Assembly (NCBI RefSeq): GCF_000150275.1
Contig: NW_002060957.1
Span: 722,170 to 786,169 of the forward strand
Source of the DNA: Trichoplax adhaerens
Lineage: Eukaryota > Animalia > Placozoa
Direction of reading: 5' to 3'
Length of the DNA: 64,000 bases
The notes beneath the pieces are model-generated. The model did no database searches. It saw only the letters and a list, made by a program, of their open reading frames with translations, and was not told the origin of the DNA. The position numbers and the translations under genes were made by a program. The first letter of the stretch is position 1. The number at the start of each line of letters is the position of its first letter. This document shows, piece after piece, positions 1-12,533 of this stretch.

Positions 1-431
1 GAATACATTGCTTACCATTGTAGTGATTCTTGGCAAAATTAGTTAATTTGTATAAATTGCAGATATCCTCGTAACTTTCAGTAGAGGAAATTATTGGCTT
101 ACTTCTTAACGTAATCGATAGAATTGTCAAATCTTTTGATATATGAATACTGAGCTACAGGTTATCAAAACGTGACAATATCTCACGATGGCGATATCCG
201 CTAGTGAAGTTTAAATATTATTTACTATCATCTTAGTCTATTATATATAGACTACCAAATTATGACAGCATGTCTTAATGATGTCTTTAAATTTACGAAG
301 GCTTAAAAAGAGTTTTTGAGCTCCATCTTAGAATAGAATTTTAAATTATGGCTGCATCTTGAGTAGCAATAGGGTAATTCTGTTCCTATCCTTGATAAGG
401 CTACTTATTATACTGCTTATTATCATTAAAA

Positions 432-870
432 GTAAGTATAATCTAGATAGTATAATTTGTACTAGGTAATTAGTGACCCATATTTATTAGATTGATTTTG
501 TATAGTTAATGAATAATCATCATTGAAAAATAAATAAAATCATTAAAATCTAGACCGTTTCAGTATATTACTGTACCTGATAGTTATTTGCTTAGTTATA
601 TATTGGATAGACTTTTATGAAATTATTAATAGAGCTAACACTTTCAACGCTAAGGCGGCAATAGGTTACAATTCGGTTACAAATCTTCATAAGGTTAGTT
701 ATTTTATAGCTTACTATTGTATAATCTTGTAGTGATTACAGCTAGTTACAGTAGATATATGTTATAGGGATGAGAACCCAAGCACTAAAAATCTAGATAG
801 CATAATCTGCAGTGTGTAATTGGTTAGCTGCATTTATTAGATTTATTTTGTATAGGTAATACATGATCAT
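432..870 (+). repeat. Two diverged copies of an ~85-bp segment, ~350 bp apart
   Basis: aatctagatag.ataat.tg...taatt...atttattagatt.attttgtatag.taat at ~440-520 and ~790-870. Confidence 0.7.
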
Positions 871-1729
871 TTCATCGTTAATTGTGGCTGGCTAATTGCA
901 GGTATGACTATCAACTAACTTTAGTAATGTCTACATCTAGCTGATTATTACTGGAAATAGTAAACAACATGTATACTGTATTATTAAACTGTCCGATTAG
1001 GTCTGCTATCAATATTTATTATTCTAGTTTTATATCTAGAAATTGACATTAAAATTTTTATGGCACTTTATGTAAAGGCTGCAGTATATATGGGGGAAAC
1101 CTCTCGAAGTATCCCAGTTACAGGACGTATATTATATGCATATTACAATGCAACAAAATAGAATTTTTCAGAATAACAAAAGGTGCCTGTAGCGATTAGA
1201 ATAGCTATGGCATATCCTTGTACCTATTTGCTGCTGTGATGTGATATTAGCATAAAATCAATTAAGAAACCAGGCTGTCTTCCGCTTTATTTACCTTATT
1301 ATAGGCTACATTATTATCTTTTTTTTAATGGATACAATAGTTGTCCTACATTAATAAATTTCAGCTTGAATTTCTATTCGTCTGTTGGTCTTCTGGAATG
1401 ATAAACATCTCCTAGCAAATTAGAGTTATAACAATTTAAAGGGTTTCATCAATAGTGCCGAAAAATATTAGGATAGCGAGATTTAATACGATTGGATAAT
1501 GTAGTTGTTAAGATAATCACCATGATACAATAGTTATTTGAGTTTTATGATAAATTATGAACTGTCTACATATTCTATTTTTTTACTTTCTATATCTTCC
1601 GTTCTTCCTATAGCTGTTTCAGACTATGAATAGCATTCTAATCGGAAAGATTATTCCATTAACCATTTGGCCCTAATTACGATAAATGTGCTTTTGAGAA
1701 ATTGTCTCCGTCAACAATTTACAGTAAAG

Positions 1730-2734
1730 ATGGCAGCGGCAACTGAATACAAAGTATGGAAATACCCAAGATGCGATAAGGATAACTGCTCTAGTCAACA
1801 GCATTTTGGACATTTAAGGATTACTAATTTAGTTCATGCCACACATTTAAAATTCGCCATTAGTATCTGTACTGCTAATCAAGATTATTATGCCTTCAGA
1901 ATGAGAGGATTGAATCTAGCGAATAACCGAAAGCAATCCCATGAAATTGGAGCGTGTTTTGGAATTCGAACGGCTAAAATGACTTCTACTAATGATGGTA
2001 TTTATCAGACCAACCCATATATGAAAGAATCAACCTATCAACGTTATTCGCCTGCTTTTAATCAAACGCGCTATGGAGGTGTTCAATTCATTGTTCATGA
2101 AGAGTTAACGAAAAGATTAATTCAGCAGTGTGTAAAAAAATCCCTGTTTACCGCTAGACATAAATCAAAATTTTCGCAACGCATTAAATTATCGATATCA
2201 GGGGGTAGCTATCATGCTTATTCGTCAACAAACGATGATTTAGCATACTCCAACTGGTCAGATATTTTATGCTGCGATAATCAAAGTGGTTACTGGTTTT
2301 GGAATTATCATAAAATTCCAACGTGGAAGGGCGGAAAATTTCCATGGGAAGAGCTTGAATTTACTATTAACGGCGATGATAACGCGCGAATTATGGATAA
2401 CCAATGTAGAAACAGCTCGCTACCCTACTGCAAGATCGATATCCAAAATAATCATCGCTATTTGTACATCCGGAAAGATATGATAAAAATTCAAGTTTTA
2501 GATCATCCAACATCGCATTCTTCTCGACAATATAAAAGTAACCGAGATGATTTTTGTATTCCCAGTATGAGGGAGCAAAATGATGGGTACAATTTTACTT
2601 GCCAATTTCAGGAATTTAAAGCAAAATTAAATGCAATGCAAGTTACAAATGAATTATATCGTAGCTGTGATTTATTCTTAAATAAGGACGATTTTGAAAT
2701 TTCAACAAGGGAATACATCAAAGATTTGGATTAA
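1730..2734 (+). CDS. Single-exon uncharacterised protein (~334 aa); possible ADP-ribosyltransferase-like fold
   Basis: 1-kb stop-free frame in very AT-rich DNA. First in-frame ATG is 1730 (the track's TTG at 1667 follows an in-frame TAG at 1631). Motifs LVHATHLKFAISI, YSPAFNQTRYGGVQF and FPWEELEFTI. The fold assignment is inference only. Confidence 0.6.
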   Translation: MAAATEYKVWKYPRCDKDNCSSQQHFGHLRITNLVHATHLKFAISICTANQDYYAFRMRGLNLANNRKQSHEIGACFGIRTAKMTSTNDGIYQTNPYMKESTYQRYSPAFNQTRYGGVQFIVHEELTKRLIQQCVKKSLFTARHKSKFSQRIKLSISGGSYHAYSSTNDDLAYSNWSDILCCDNQSGYWFWNYHKIPTWKGGKFPWEELEFTINGDDNARIMDNQCRNSSLPYCKIDIQNNHRYLYIRKDMIKIQVLDHPTSHSSRQYKSNRDDFCIPSMREQNDGYNFTCQFQEFKAKLNAMQVTNELYRSCDLFLNKDDFEISTREYIKDLD

Positions 2735-5700
2735 CTTTTTCCTAATCAACGTATACGCCAGGAAGCTGTTATCCCCAATTTTATCTGTTTTGATATTCTA
2801 ATATTGAAGATACTATCGACTAATGATAATATTGACCCCAAATGTTTTCCGTTTACATTAGGCGTGTAATGATTTCAGATAATGGTAGTTACACAGTGGG
2901 CAGCTAATAGGATGAGATGGTGCACTTGTAGTATTTTTATTATGAGATTGGGATTTTCCAATTAAGGCTGTATCTGATAGCCAACTATAGGATTAACAGT
3001 AAAGACAGGAGACTACTACTCGGTCATTAACATTGCAAGGCAACACAGCTATTGGATCTAAGCCTATTTTCGAATTGCAATAGTTAATGATCATGCCAAT
3101 CCTACGAAAGGTGACGTAAGTAATGCAGAATCCGTCAATGGTATATATCAAAGGAATATTCATATTTAGCTCGATTTCTAATTCAGCCAGGAGAATAGTT
3201 TTTCCTTTTAAAAAATGTTCCAAGGATATTAAGATTAATGTTCTACAGTAATATACGTACGTTGTTCCTTCTTCTTTCTCGATTAGTTTATTTATGAAAA
3301 AACATTATAAATCATATATTGGAATACTTTAGAAAAGCCATAAGAACATCGAAGATTGCTATTCTGCGGTATTACAACTACCGTGGGCATTATTCAAACT
3401 ATGGACTTCAGTTGGTATCTTCATCAGCCGCTATATATACACTACCGACGATTAATTTAGAATCAAAAGCAAGTAATTTGAAGCTTGATCTTGGAGATAA
3501 GCTCAGAGATAATTTATGAACGTTGTTCTACGTATAACGCTTTCTCCTCTAAGATAGTTTTCTTTAGTGGTTAGCTAAAGGGATTCCAGTTATAGATCGA
3601 ATTATCACGTAATCGCTATCTGCAAGTCTACTAGATAATAATTCTTAATATTCATATGTGCTAAAATTTCGGTCTTGAAATGACTTACTGCACTCATGAG
3701 AAATTTAAATAATGCAGTGCAGAATTTTGTAATTTTTTCATAAGGGACCCACAGAGATGTAAATTAAAATCGCAACCGTTTCAATTTGGTAAAGATATTC
3801 AGACTAGCTTAAAAACATATAATACATATTTTGATAAAATCCGTTAATTAGAGTTTATTATTAATTGCAGTTTGGAAATAAGAAATTGTGACTATGATAG
3901 CAAATAAATTAGGCAGTCTAATAACAATATTAAATAGTGACTAACTCACTAACTATACTGATCACATCATAATCTAGATGGATAATTTTTCATCCATTAA
4001 AGGATAATCTAAGTAATACAATAACATGTGATTCTTGCAGCTCTAGAAAGTTATTACGTTGGCTGTATTTTACACTTTAGAAATAATAAATGACTGTTAT
4101 TATATTACAGAAACGTTTAAGTGTCTCATTATCTTTCCTTATCATCATATCTGCAGGATCTACTTTTGACTTGACAGGCTTTCTTGCATTCTTTAAGAAT
4201 AATTTGCTATTCACTATTATTTCTTTCTTCTCTATTTCAATAATAATGCGATCTATTATGTAGTGCCGTTCCTTTAATATCAAGAAAGAAAACAATATAC
4301 TAAGCCGAAATGATGTTCTATTAAGAACTAAGCTATTGTTTTTGGTATAGGATTTCTTGCTAGAATTGAACTTTCATCCACTTTATTAAATTTTATCTAA
4401 TAATAAAATTAAAATACAATAGACTATCATCTATTGTATTCTATGTTATCTATGCTATCTAAGATCAGTTCGCTTAATATTATATTCCTTAGCCATATTA
4501 TTATACCTAACATATGAATACAGAAAACTAGATTAGGCATGAACAATAATATGTCTAATTGTTCTTCCCATATTATCTACAGTTATAATTAAATCGACTA
4601 AACATCACCTTCAGTACTTATGTTCAGCCATAAATGACGACTGTAGCGTATCTTTACGAAACCATCAGTATTAAGCACTAATATAATCACATCGATTAGA
4701 TACTGTATTTATCGATGATGATAATTTGTAGCTAATCTGAACTTAAGAGAAAGCTAGATGATAACAAAAAGCCATTAATTAACTGACGGATTGCTAATAA
4801 AGTCTAGCACGATTAGAGAGATATTGGATGTCAGCGGTGGGCTGAGATCTACAGGAAAATGTTATAGTCATCGTTATTTTGTTATCAAATTGAGAATTAA
4901 ATCGCAGGAGTCCAATATTTACTTATTTCTTGCAAAACATTCGAAATATCCTCGGAAAATGAAAGGATCTAAATATAGCTAAATATAGATTATGAACGTA
5001 CATAAAGGGGTCTGTTAGATATCTTGTTCAATGACTGTAAATATTTAGCTGCTCCTAGAGTGAGTTAGATGCGAACTGGTTGTCCACTGTTGAGGTCGAG
5101 ATGATGTCTTGCCGATCATGATTTAGAAATTGGAAAAGAATTTATTAAAATAGTTCTTCATCAGTTCGTTTAAAGTTACTAATAAATCTATTTGATCCCA
5201 TAATTAATATTGTAGCAATTGAAGAACAAACCGAAGAACAAGATTGTCGAATATTACATACTGCTTTTTAATCTTCCCTGATTTAAAAAGTTCAAGCTAA
5301 AAATCTCAAATATGGCCCCTAGCTCGCCTTTGCAATTGTGACATTCATTAATTAATGCATCATCAATATTATAATTTTGTTGTGTGATGAATCATATGTT
5401 GACACCTAGCTACTAATTAACTAATATTAAATGTCATAGAAAGTGTGTTGTGATTCTGGCTATAATAAGTATGTAGACTGGGTTATTAATTAATTACTGT
5501 TTTTGCACCAACGAAGTTGGTGAGGATATATAAAGTCTCAAAGTTCTTAATTGAGAGTTAGTTACGTTAGTCGATGACAGATGGTTATCAGTTGCTAGTC
5601 GTAATTGTAAGTTGTGCGTTCAATCGGACATTTTAATAAAATAGCTTCTAGAATAAAGTTTTGATCCTTAGCGTGAGTAATCTATCGTCTAAGACTCGAA

Positions 5701-7014
5701 TCTAAGTTTGGTTGATTAAAGAGTGCTTAGAGTTAGTTGCTTAGATAGTTAAGTCTACTTTAGAGGAAAGAATCCCGTTTAATTCTTGTGTTACAATCTC
5801 GGTTGTGACAGCAATACACACATGTTACTAGCAACTCTAGCATCTTGCACTAAAATTGTTTACAATCAGCAATTATAACAAGATATAGTCTCACTTGTTA
5901 TATGACGGCAAAAATTTAAAATTCGTTACAATTGTATTATGAAAGCGATAGAACTGTATTAAACAGAGATAGAAATAGCGATATCTATATTGCAACAATG
6001 ATTGCCGATGTTCTTCTTAATTGATCAACGAAGATTTACTGCCTCTCTATCGCATCACATAGGTCAAAGTTTACTCAGAAAGTGATCAATCATTATTTAA
6101 TTCATATATCATAGATATAGCGGCTAGGCAATTAGATAAATTCACGTAATCTTAACTGCTATCACTTAACATTTTCTACTTGTACAGCAGAATGCCAACC
6201 CAACATGAAATTTAGCTTGGATTAGTAGCAGACATACAGACAGAGAGATAGAGTGTGCTTGGCGCTCCGCGCAGATTGCAAAAGTAAATTAAATGCATAA
6301 CCACAAATGTTATAATTAGCTTTCACCATGAAAAATTCTATTTGAATTATTCATGACTGCTATGATTATCGCTGTAGGCGATTTAAATCATCATATACTA
6401 AATGATTAACGATCAGACTGATATTATCTCCACGAAATTAAATCTATCATTATCGTAACGATCGCCCTATAGGTAAAATCATTTTAATGCCTATCAACTT
6501 CATTACTAAGTATATTAGATTAATTCTAAACAGATTAATTAACGTAAAAAGCTGTAGCTGACTGTTGCCAAGTCAGACTACACATAGTATGAATCTTAAT
6601 GGCCATCAAGCCATGATAGAATAGCACTATCAATTTATTCCTTCAGGCTATCAATCAAGTAGACTTCTAATTAACATATTGTAAACTATGCAGATCACGT
6701 TAGTACCCAGGCTTTTATCATAACCAATTGACCATTGTCTTGTTGATCGTTAATATGCAAGTAATTATTCAACTTTTTATTTATTTGCTTGGTCTTTTGC
6801 TCTATATGCTAATGACTGTTAATGCTGATATTGTTATGATCTTTCCGATGCTGATCATTCTTTAATCACTACTGTACGAGTACCATATTATACTAACCTG
6901 GATTAAGTTAGTTGGACCCTAACTTGATTTCCTCCTTGATCTTATTCGTAGCATCTGGCGCGTTCATTTTGACCCATTTATCTAACCTAATTTGTTCAAT
7001 TGATAGTTTCAATT

Positions 7015-10000
7015 ATGGATAAATCCAGTAAACGAACAGCATCTGGACTACGAGTTTATAAAATTGTCTTATTAGGAGAAGGTGGAGTAGGAAAATCAGG
7101 TAACGTCGATTTCCATACGAATTATAATTATCACCGAATCTCGTCATGTTGTGCATTAATTGAAGTATTTGCATTTTTTTTAACATTCTCTTCGTTTATA
7201 GTGATAATCTACTTTTAAAATCTTAATCTAATATAGTTATATACGAATCATCAGGTTATCGTTACTACATCGGCTATAACCAATTAAGGATTGACTTCTT
7301 TAGTTTGGCTCTTTAACATGTTCATTTTTATAATTTTAGATACTTTATTGCAGTTTTGTAGAATACAACATTGATATTCATCTAATCGTCATTCTATTTT
7401 ATATTCCGGCTATTTAATTTAAAATTCTCAACTTATTAAGTCGAAACACAATTGCCATTGTCGATATGCTTCATTTCTACATTAAAAAGCCTCCGAGATC
7501 AACTTTTAAATGGAACGAAAACCTATTAATTCTGCTGTAGAAAGGATTGATGAAGCAATTGCCATCATCTTCAAACTTTTGCTAGAGGCTTCTTCAAACC
7601 TGTTGCTCTTCTTATCGATTATTAATTATGAAGCACATAATCGATTTCATCCTCCATTCTACAGACCAAAGTAGCGGCAATGACCATTACAATCTAACAT
7701 TTAAAATCTATGAGTTGAAATGGCAGTGCCACCGTAGTAATTGTATGGCAAAATGGGGCTGTACTAACTGTAAAACAACGTTACATTTAGATGCCCTTCC
7801 TATACTGTACACTTACGTCGATAGTATCCTACAATGAAAACCGATTTAACACGTATTGTAGTGATATTGATCAAATAAATCATTCAAGATATAGATTATT
7901 CCATTAGAATTATTCATCATCGTCATTATTTAATAAACTTATATGGCGGCTCAATAAATGCTTGTGTTAAGCAAACGGAGTAATTATTGATGAATGAACG
8001 TTAGGGACCGCATAAAAAAGGACCGAGAGCACGTCGTAAAATTTATTAATGAAAATAAAATTTCGTTTTCCTATAGCTTGTGAGTAAGCTATCACTTGTT
8101 AATCGAACTACTATCATTTCATCTTGCTTCTTATTATTGCTAATATCTTAGTTTTTAATCGATCTAGAGCACTTTCATGCTACTTATTTTAGTATGATTT
8201 CTTCATACAACACGTAGTCAGGAATAGACGTGAAACAGCAGTATTTTTTGTTGCCATATCCTATTTTTGAGTCCATACAGGGAGTAATTAATTCAGTATT
8301 CATTTTCATCTATTAGTGACAGTTAGCACTTAGCAGTAATATCATCAATTTCCTCTGCTACTATGATTAAAATCGTTCTGATTCATGCTGTGTAGTCCAT
8401 CACACCATATCTATCAGTATAACATATCTTTGCCGGGTATATATAAATATTTGATTACAAATTCTAGGGAAATGTAACTGTTTGATATTCGAAATCAGAA
8501 TGTGTTTACTAACCCAAGTAATATACAAATATCCATGATCAAGATAGGGGTGTATTTTATCAATGTCAATTTGATCAACGTTCAAATTTTGAAATATTAT
8601 AAACGAGCTTCTGGCCTTTTTATAAGATTCGACAACGACTTAGGTGTAGCTATCGTTCAGGTTACTACTGTTAAATTCGAAATTCTGTTTCTTGATAGCT
8701 ATGTCGAAGTCAGATGCACTTTTCATGTATCTTCTTAGTGGATTGATCAGCTGCACTGTTGATGTCAAAGTCCCATCGTAAATAATCCACGGTATTAGTA
8801 ATCTATACTGTTATTTCCACGCTATATCATGCTAGTAACTCTACCGGAAAGAGCCTCTATTAAATAAAAGCCAGAAACGATCTCATATTTCACTTACTCT
8901 AGAATCATGCTTATTGCCGTCTATAATGAAATGAAACAGATCTACACTTTAAAAACGGTAACATGATTTATTATTATCTTTTTTTCTTTTAATATCAGTC
9001 TCTTTTCACAAATAGGTTGTATAGATGAATTAGAACGGAATATAATCATGTACCTTTTTTCAAGCTAAATCTAATTTTATACTTTAATATCTAAACATGC
9101 CAACGTATAGTTACCATAATTTCCTATTAATAGCAATATCATTTCTAGCGAGAAGTTCTACTAATTAATTAGAATAATTGATAACTTCCTCTGATCATAA
9201 TCTATGTCTTGCTTCTAGCTGTTACATTGCAATTTGTCAACCATAGTTTCGTCGAACACCATGATCCCACTATAGGTAAATGATATTGTGATAATTGACT
9301 ACAGGCTCAAACGGTAAAGTTATCTAAGCCAGAGATTGGTCTAATAGTATGATTCTTTGTATTTAGAGAACTATCCGTCAACTAAAACGTAAATATTTTC
9401 TTCTGCTAATATTGATCAATACTGTATGTCATAAATAGAGGACGCATACCAACAACAAGCTGTGATTGATGGTGAAGCTGGTTTACTTGATATCTTGGAT
9501 ACAGCTGGACAGGTTGATTGTCAAATAATCTAATTCTGTAGGATAAAATTTCGTCATGGAGTGTTCATTTTAATAATTTAGCTCGATTGTATAGAAAAAC
9601 TTTAACTGAGCTTGATATATCATTTCTATATTATTTTTCAATTTAGGAAGAATTTACATCTATGAGAGAGCAGTATATGCGTGGTGGCGAAGGTTTTATC
9701 TTGGTTTATTCTATCACAGATAGAAGAAGCTTTGAAGAAATTTCCAATTATATCACTCATATCGAACGAGTAAGAAATTGTAACGATACACCAATTGTTA
9801 TTGTGGGCAATAAGTCTGATTTAGAACATCAAAGAGTAGTTAGTACAACTGATGGCCAGACTTTAGCACGGCAGCATAATTGCTCATTTTGGGAAACATC
9901 AGCAGCCTTGCGCCAATTTATTGACGAATCATTTCACGGCATCGTTAGAAAAATACGTGAAAAGGAAAAAATTACAGCAGCAAATGATAAAAGTAAGAAA

Positions 10001-10054
10001 AAAAGTAGTAAAGCCAATGCTGTCAAACGGCTGTTTAGTAAGCATAAGAAATAA
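7015..10054 (+). CDS. RIT1: Rit/Rin (RIT1/RIT2-like) Ras-family small GTPase, 4 coding exons
   Basis: Exons 7015-7099, 9219-9275, 9439-9512, 9647-10054 splice in frame via GT-AG. G1 GEGGVGKS, Rit-type effector loop HDPTIEDAY, G3 DTAGQ, G4 NKSD, G5 ETSA. Polybasic C-terminus (KRLFSKHKK*) without CAAX, as in Rit/Rin/Ric. Probably co-orthologous to RIT1 and RIT2. Confidence 0.92.
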
Positions 10055-12533
10055 GCCATCACCAACGAAACAATGCTTATAGCACGCTAAAGATGACGAG
10101 GATCTCATTTATGTCCATATGTAATCGATTGAAATATTAGAAATACTAAAAAATAATTAGATATAAATCATTTTTAGTGTCTTTTTAACATCGAATCGCT
10201 TTGTTATTCCCTAATCCATGTTGTACAAAGTCAGAACACTTTTTTGCACTCGTGCTATGTAGTTTTAGACTAATCGTATTTAATATATTACTCTCTTTTA
10301 AACAGTGATTTTGGCTACCAAAGAATAGCTAGTTTAGAAGAGTTGTAAATTAAATTTATGCGAGAATGATAATCATAATTATGTTCCTTGTTTATTGAAA
10401 ATTCTCCAAGCTACCATCAAGCACTTATGATGTGTCAACATCATAATATATTGTCGCTAATGCTAGGCGATTATATTTAATATTTTTTATTTTGCTTCAA
10501 AGGGCTAGTAATCAATCTTTACATCGTGATGAATATTGCTAGAGAAATTTCCTATCTATTGTTTGATGATTATTGCTTGTTTATAGTACATCAGGGTATC
10601 TAACAGCATGTAGCTCGAATAAATTGCAGATGTAGACTAGTATTTTTACCATTTTTTTACTAGTATTAGCACGTAGAATTTTTGTAATATGGTTTTTTAT
10701 TAATGGTATCAGCACACTTAAATTTTTAACTTTATTGAATTTAAACTCAGCTCAGGATATTGATGGTAAAATAGTAGTTAGCACAATGGTATTGTGATAA
10801 TGGAAGGATTCATGAATAATATATAGTAAATAGCGGTGATGCTGATTATCGTCCATCACCTTGTAGTTAAATTTTATTAGTAGAAGCTTGAATTGATCTT
10901 TCATCATGCTTTAACTTCAATTTAAATTAATGATCATCTCGCTTTGTAGCTATTTGAATGGTCTCTTTAGCATTTTAATTAAAAATTTGCAAACAAACCA
11001 ACTGATATGACCGATTAAACGTATTGCAGATAGCTCATAATATGATCCATACAGAATCTAAAATCTATAAAAAATCGATCCTTCATTGTTTATTACGATG
11101 CAGTCAAATTTTTAGATGCTATAGGTGTACCTTCTACCCTTAAATTTAAAACAGTAATAAGAAGTACCATTTGACAACCTTCTTTGTCAATGTAAGATCG
11201 CCCTGCAGCGTAATGGATATTTAAAATCTAGCAGGAGTAAGTTACAAAGGCTGATTACCATACAAACTTTCGCAATTAATTCAATTTCTTAAAACTCATG
11301 ACTGTTAAAGCTAGCACGAAAGTTTGTAAATGCTTACATCAGTATATTGACAAATCATGAGATTATTAATATACGAGTATTAACGGATTATACAGTACTG
11401 CAACGGCAACTGCAACTACGTGATAAGATGAAACAATCTAATTAATTAGGTACCAGGAACTTCTGAATTATTCTCCTAGAAGTCCGTGTTAAGTGCTAGC
11501 AGGTTATAATATTCAATAAAGACCGAAATCGATATTTGTAAGGGTTCATTCCATTATGCAGTAAGAATAACTGACGATGTACACATGAATGATTATAATT
11601 ATAAGTATACTGTAACCCACTAATAGCTCGTGTCTCGTAAAAAAATTAGATCGAATCATTAAGCATATCATACAGAAATTTCTTTAACGTCAATTTCTAT
11701 ATTAGCAAATTGCGTAATAGCTAGCTCTAATCAAAAGAAAAAGTAGATCAGATCAGACTTGACTAATTAAAAAACTCGAATATTAATGACAGCATTTTCC
11801 AAGAAATCTTTAATAATTATATACAAACCAGCAAAATCAAACTTTATTTGCTGTTGTAGTGTGGTAATATTGATATCAAACAAAGAAAGACATATGGAAT
11901 TGAAATATATTTTTAATAACATTAATCAGGGAATGCTGATAAATTATATCATATCCAAAAAAAAATTTCGATAATTAACGATCTTCATTAGTTCTTGTTG
12001 ACCAAGAATGAGATTGAAATTTTTACAGAAGCAACGAAATATACACAAGAAATACAATCTTTACCACAGCAATACTTTAACACAAGTATTACACATTTTA
12101 TACGGTTAAAGTATGATATGATGGAGTAACAAAGGAAACATACAAGATGTTTATCAATCAAACTTTGGTTTTAATGATACGATAAATTTAATTACGCCTT
12201 ATAACTCTTTCAGTAAATGCATACAATATACAGCTTGGTAGTATTTAAGTCACAAAGGCATGATAATAAATTTTCAGCAGTTGCGACACGAGCATGATAT
12301 TCTAGAAAAGCATACGAACACTAATTTTGATTTCCATTGTACGCTATCTAAAGATAGAAATTTAGCATATCAGTGTCATTCTTATCCTGTTATATATATT
12401 TAAACTAAGTCTGGAAATTTAGTCTGTACATTAATCATATTCGGAAGTTATAATTCACAATTCCTACGAGCAAAGATTCATAATTCTTGTTGGATACATC
12501 ACTGTACAGAATAAGTTATCATCAATAAGCCGG

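Noticed and set aside
1626-1676. Upstream ATG (MNSILIGKIIPLTIWP*) as a frameshifted signal peptide for the orphan ORF
   Set aside because: Out of frame and ends at a stop; no evidence for a frameshift. At most a uORF.
4077-4330. Possible GPCR TM5-ICL3-TM6 relic on the minus strand
   Set aside because: Only a general hydrophobic-charged-hydrophobic pattern, with stops and no diagnostic motifs. It cannot be supported without a search.
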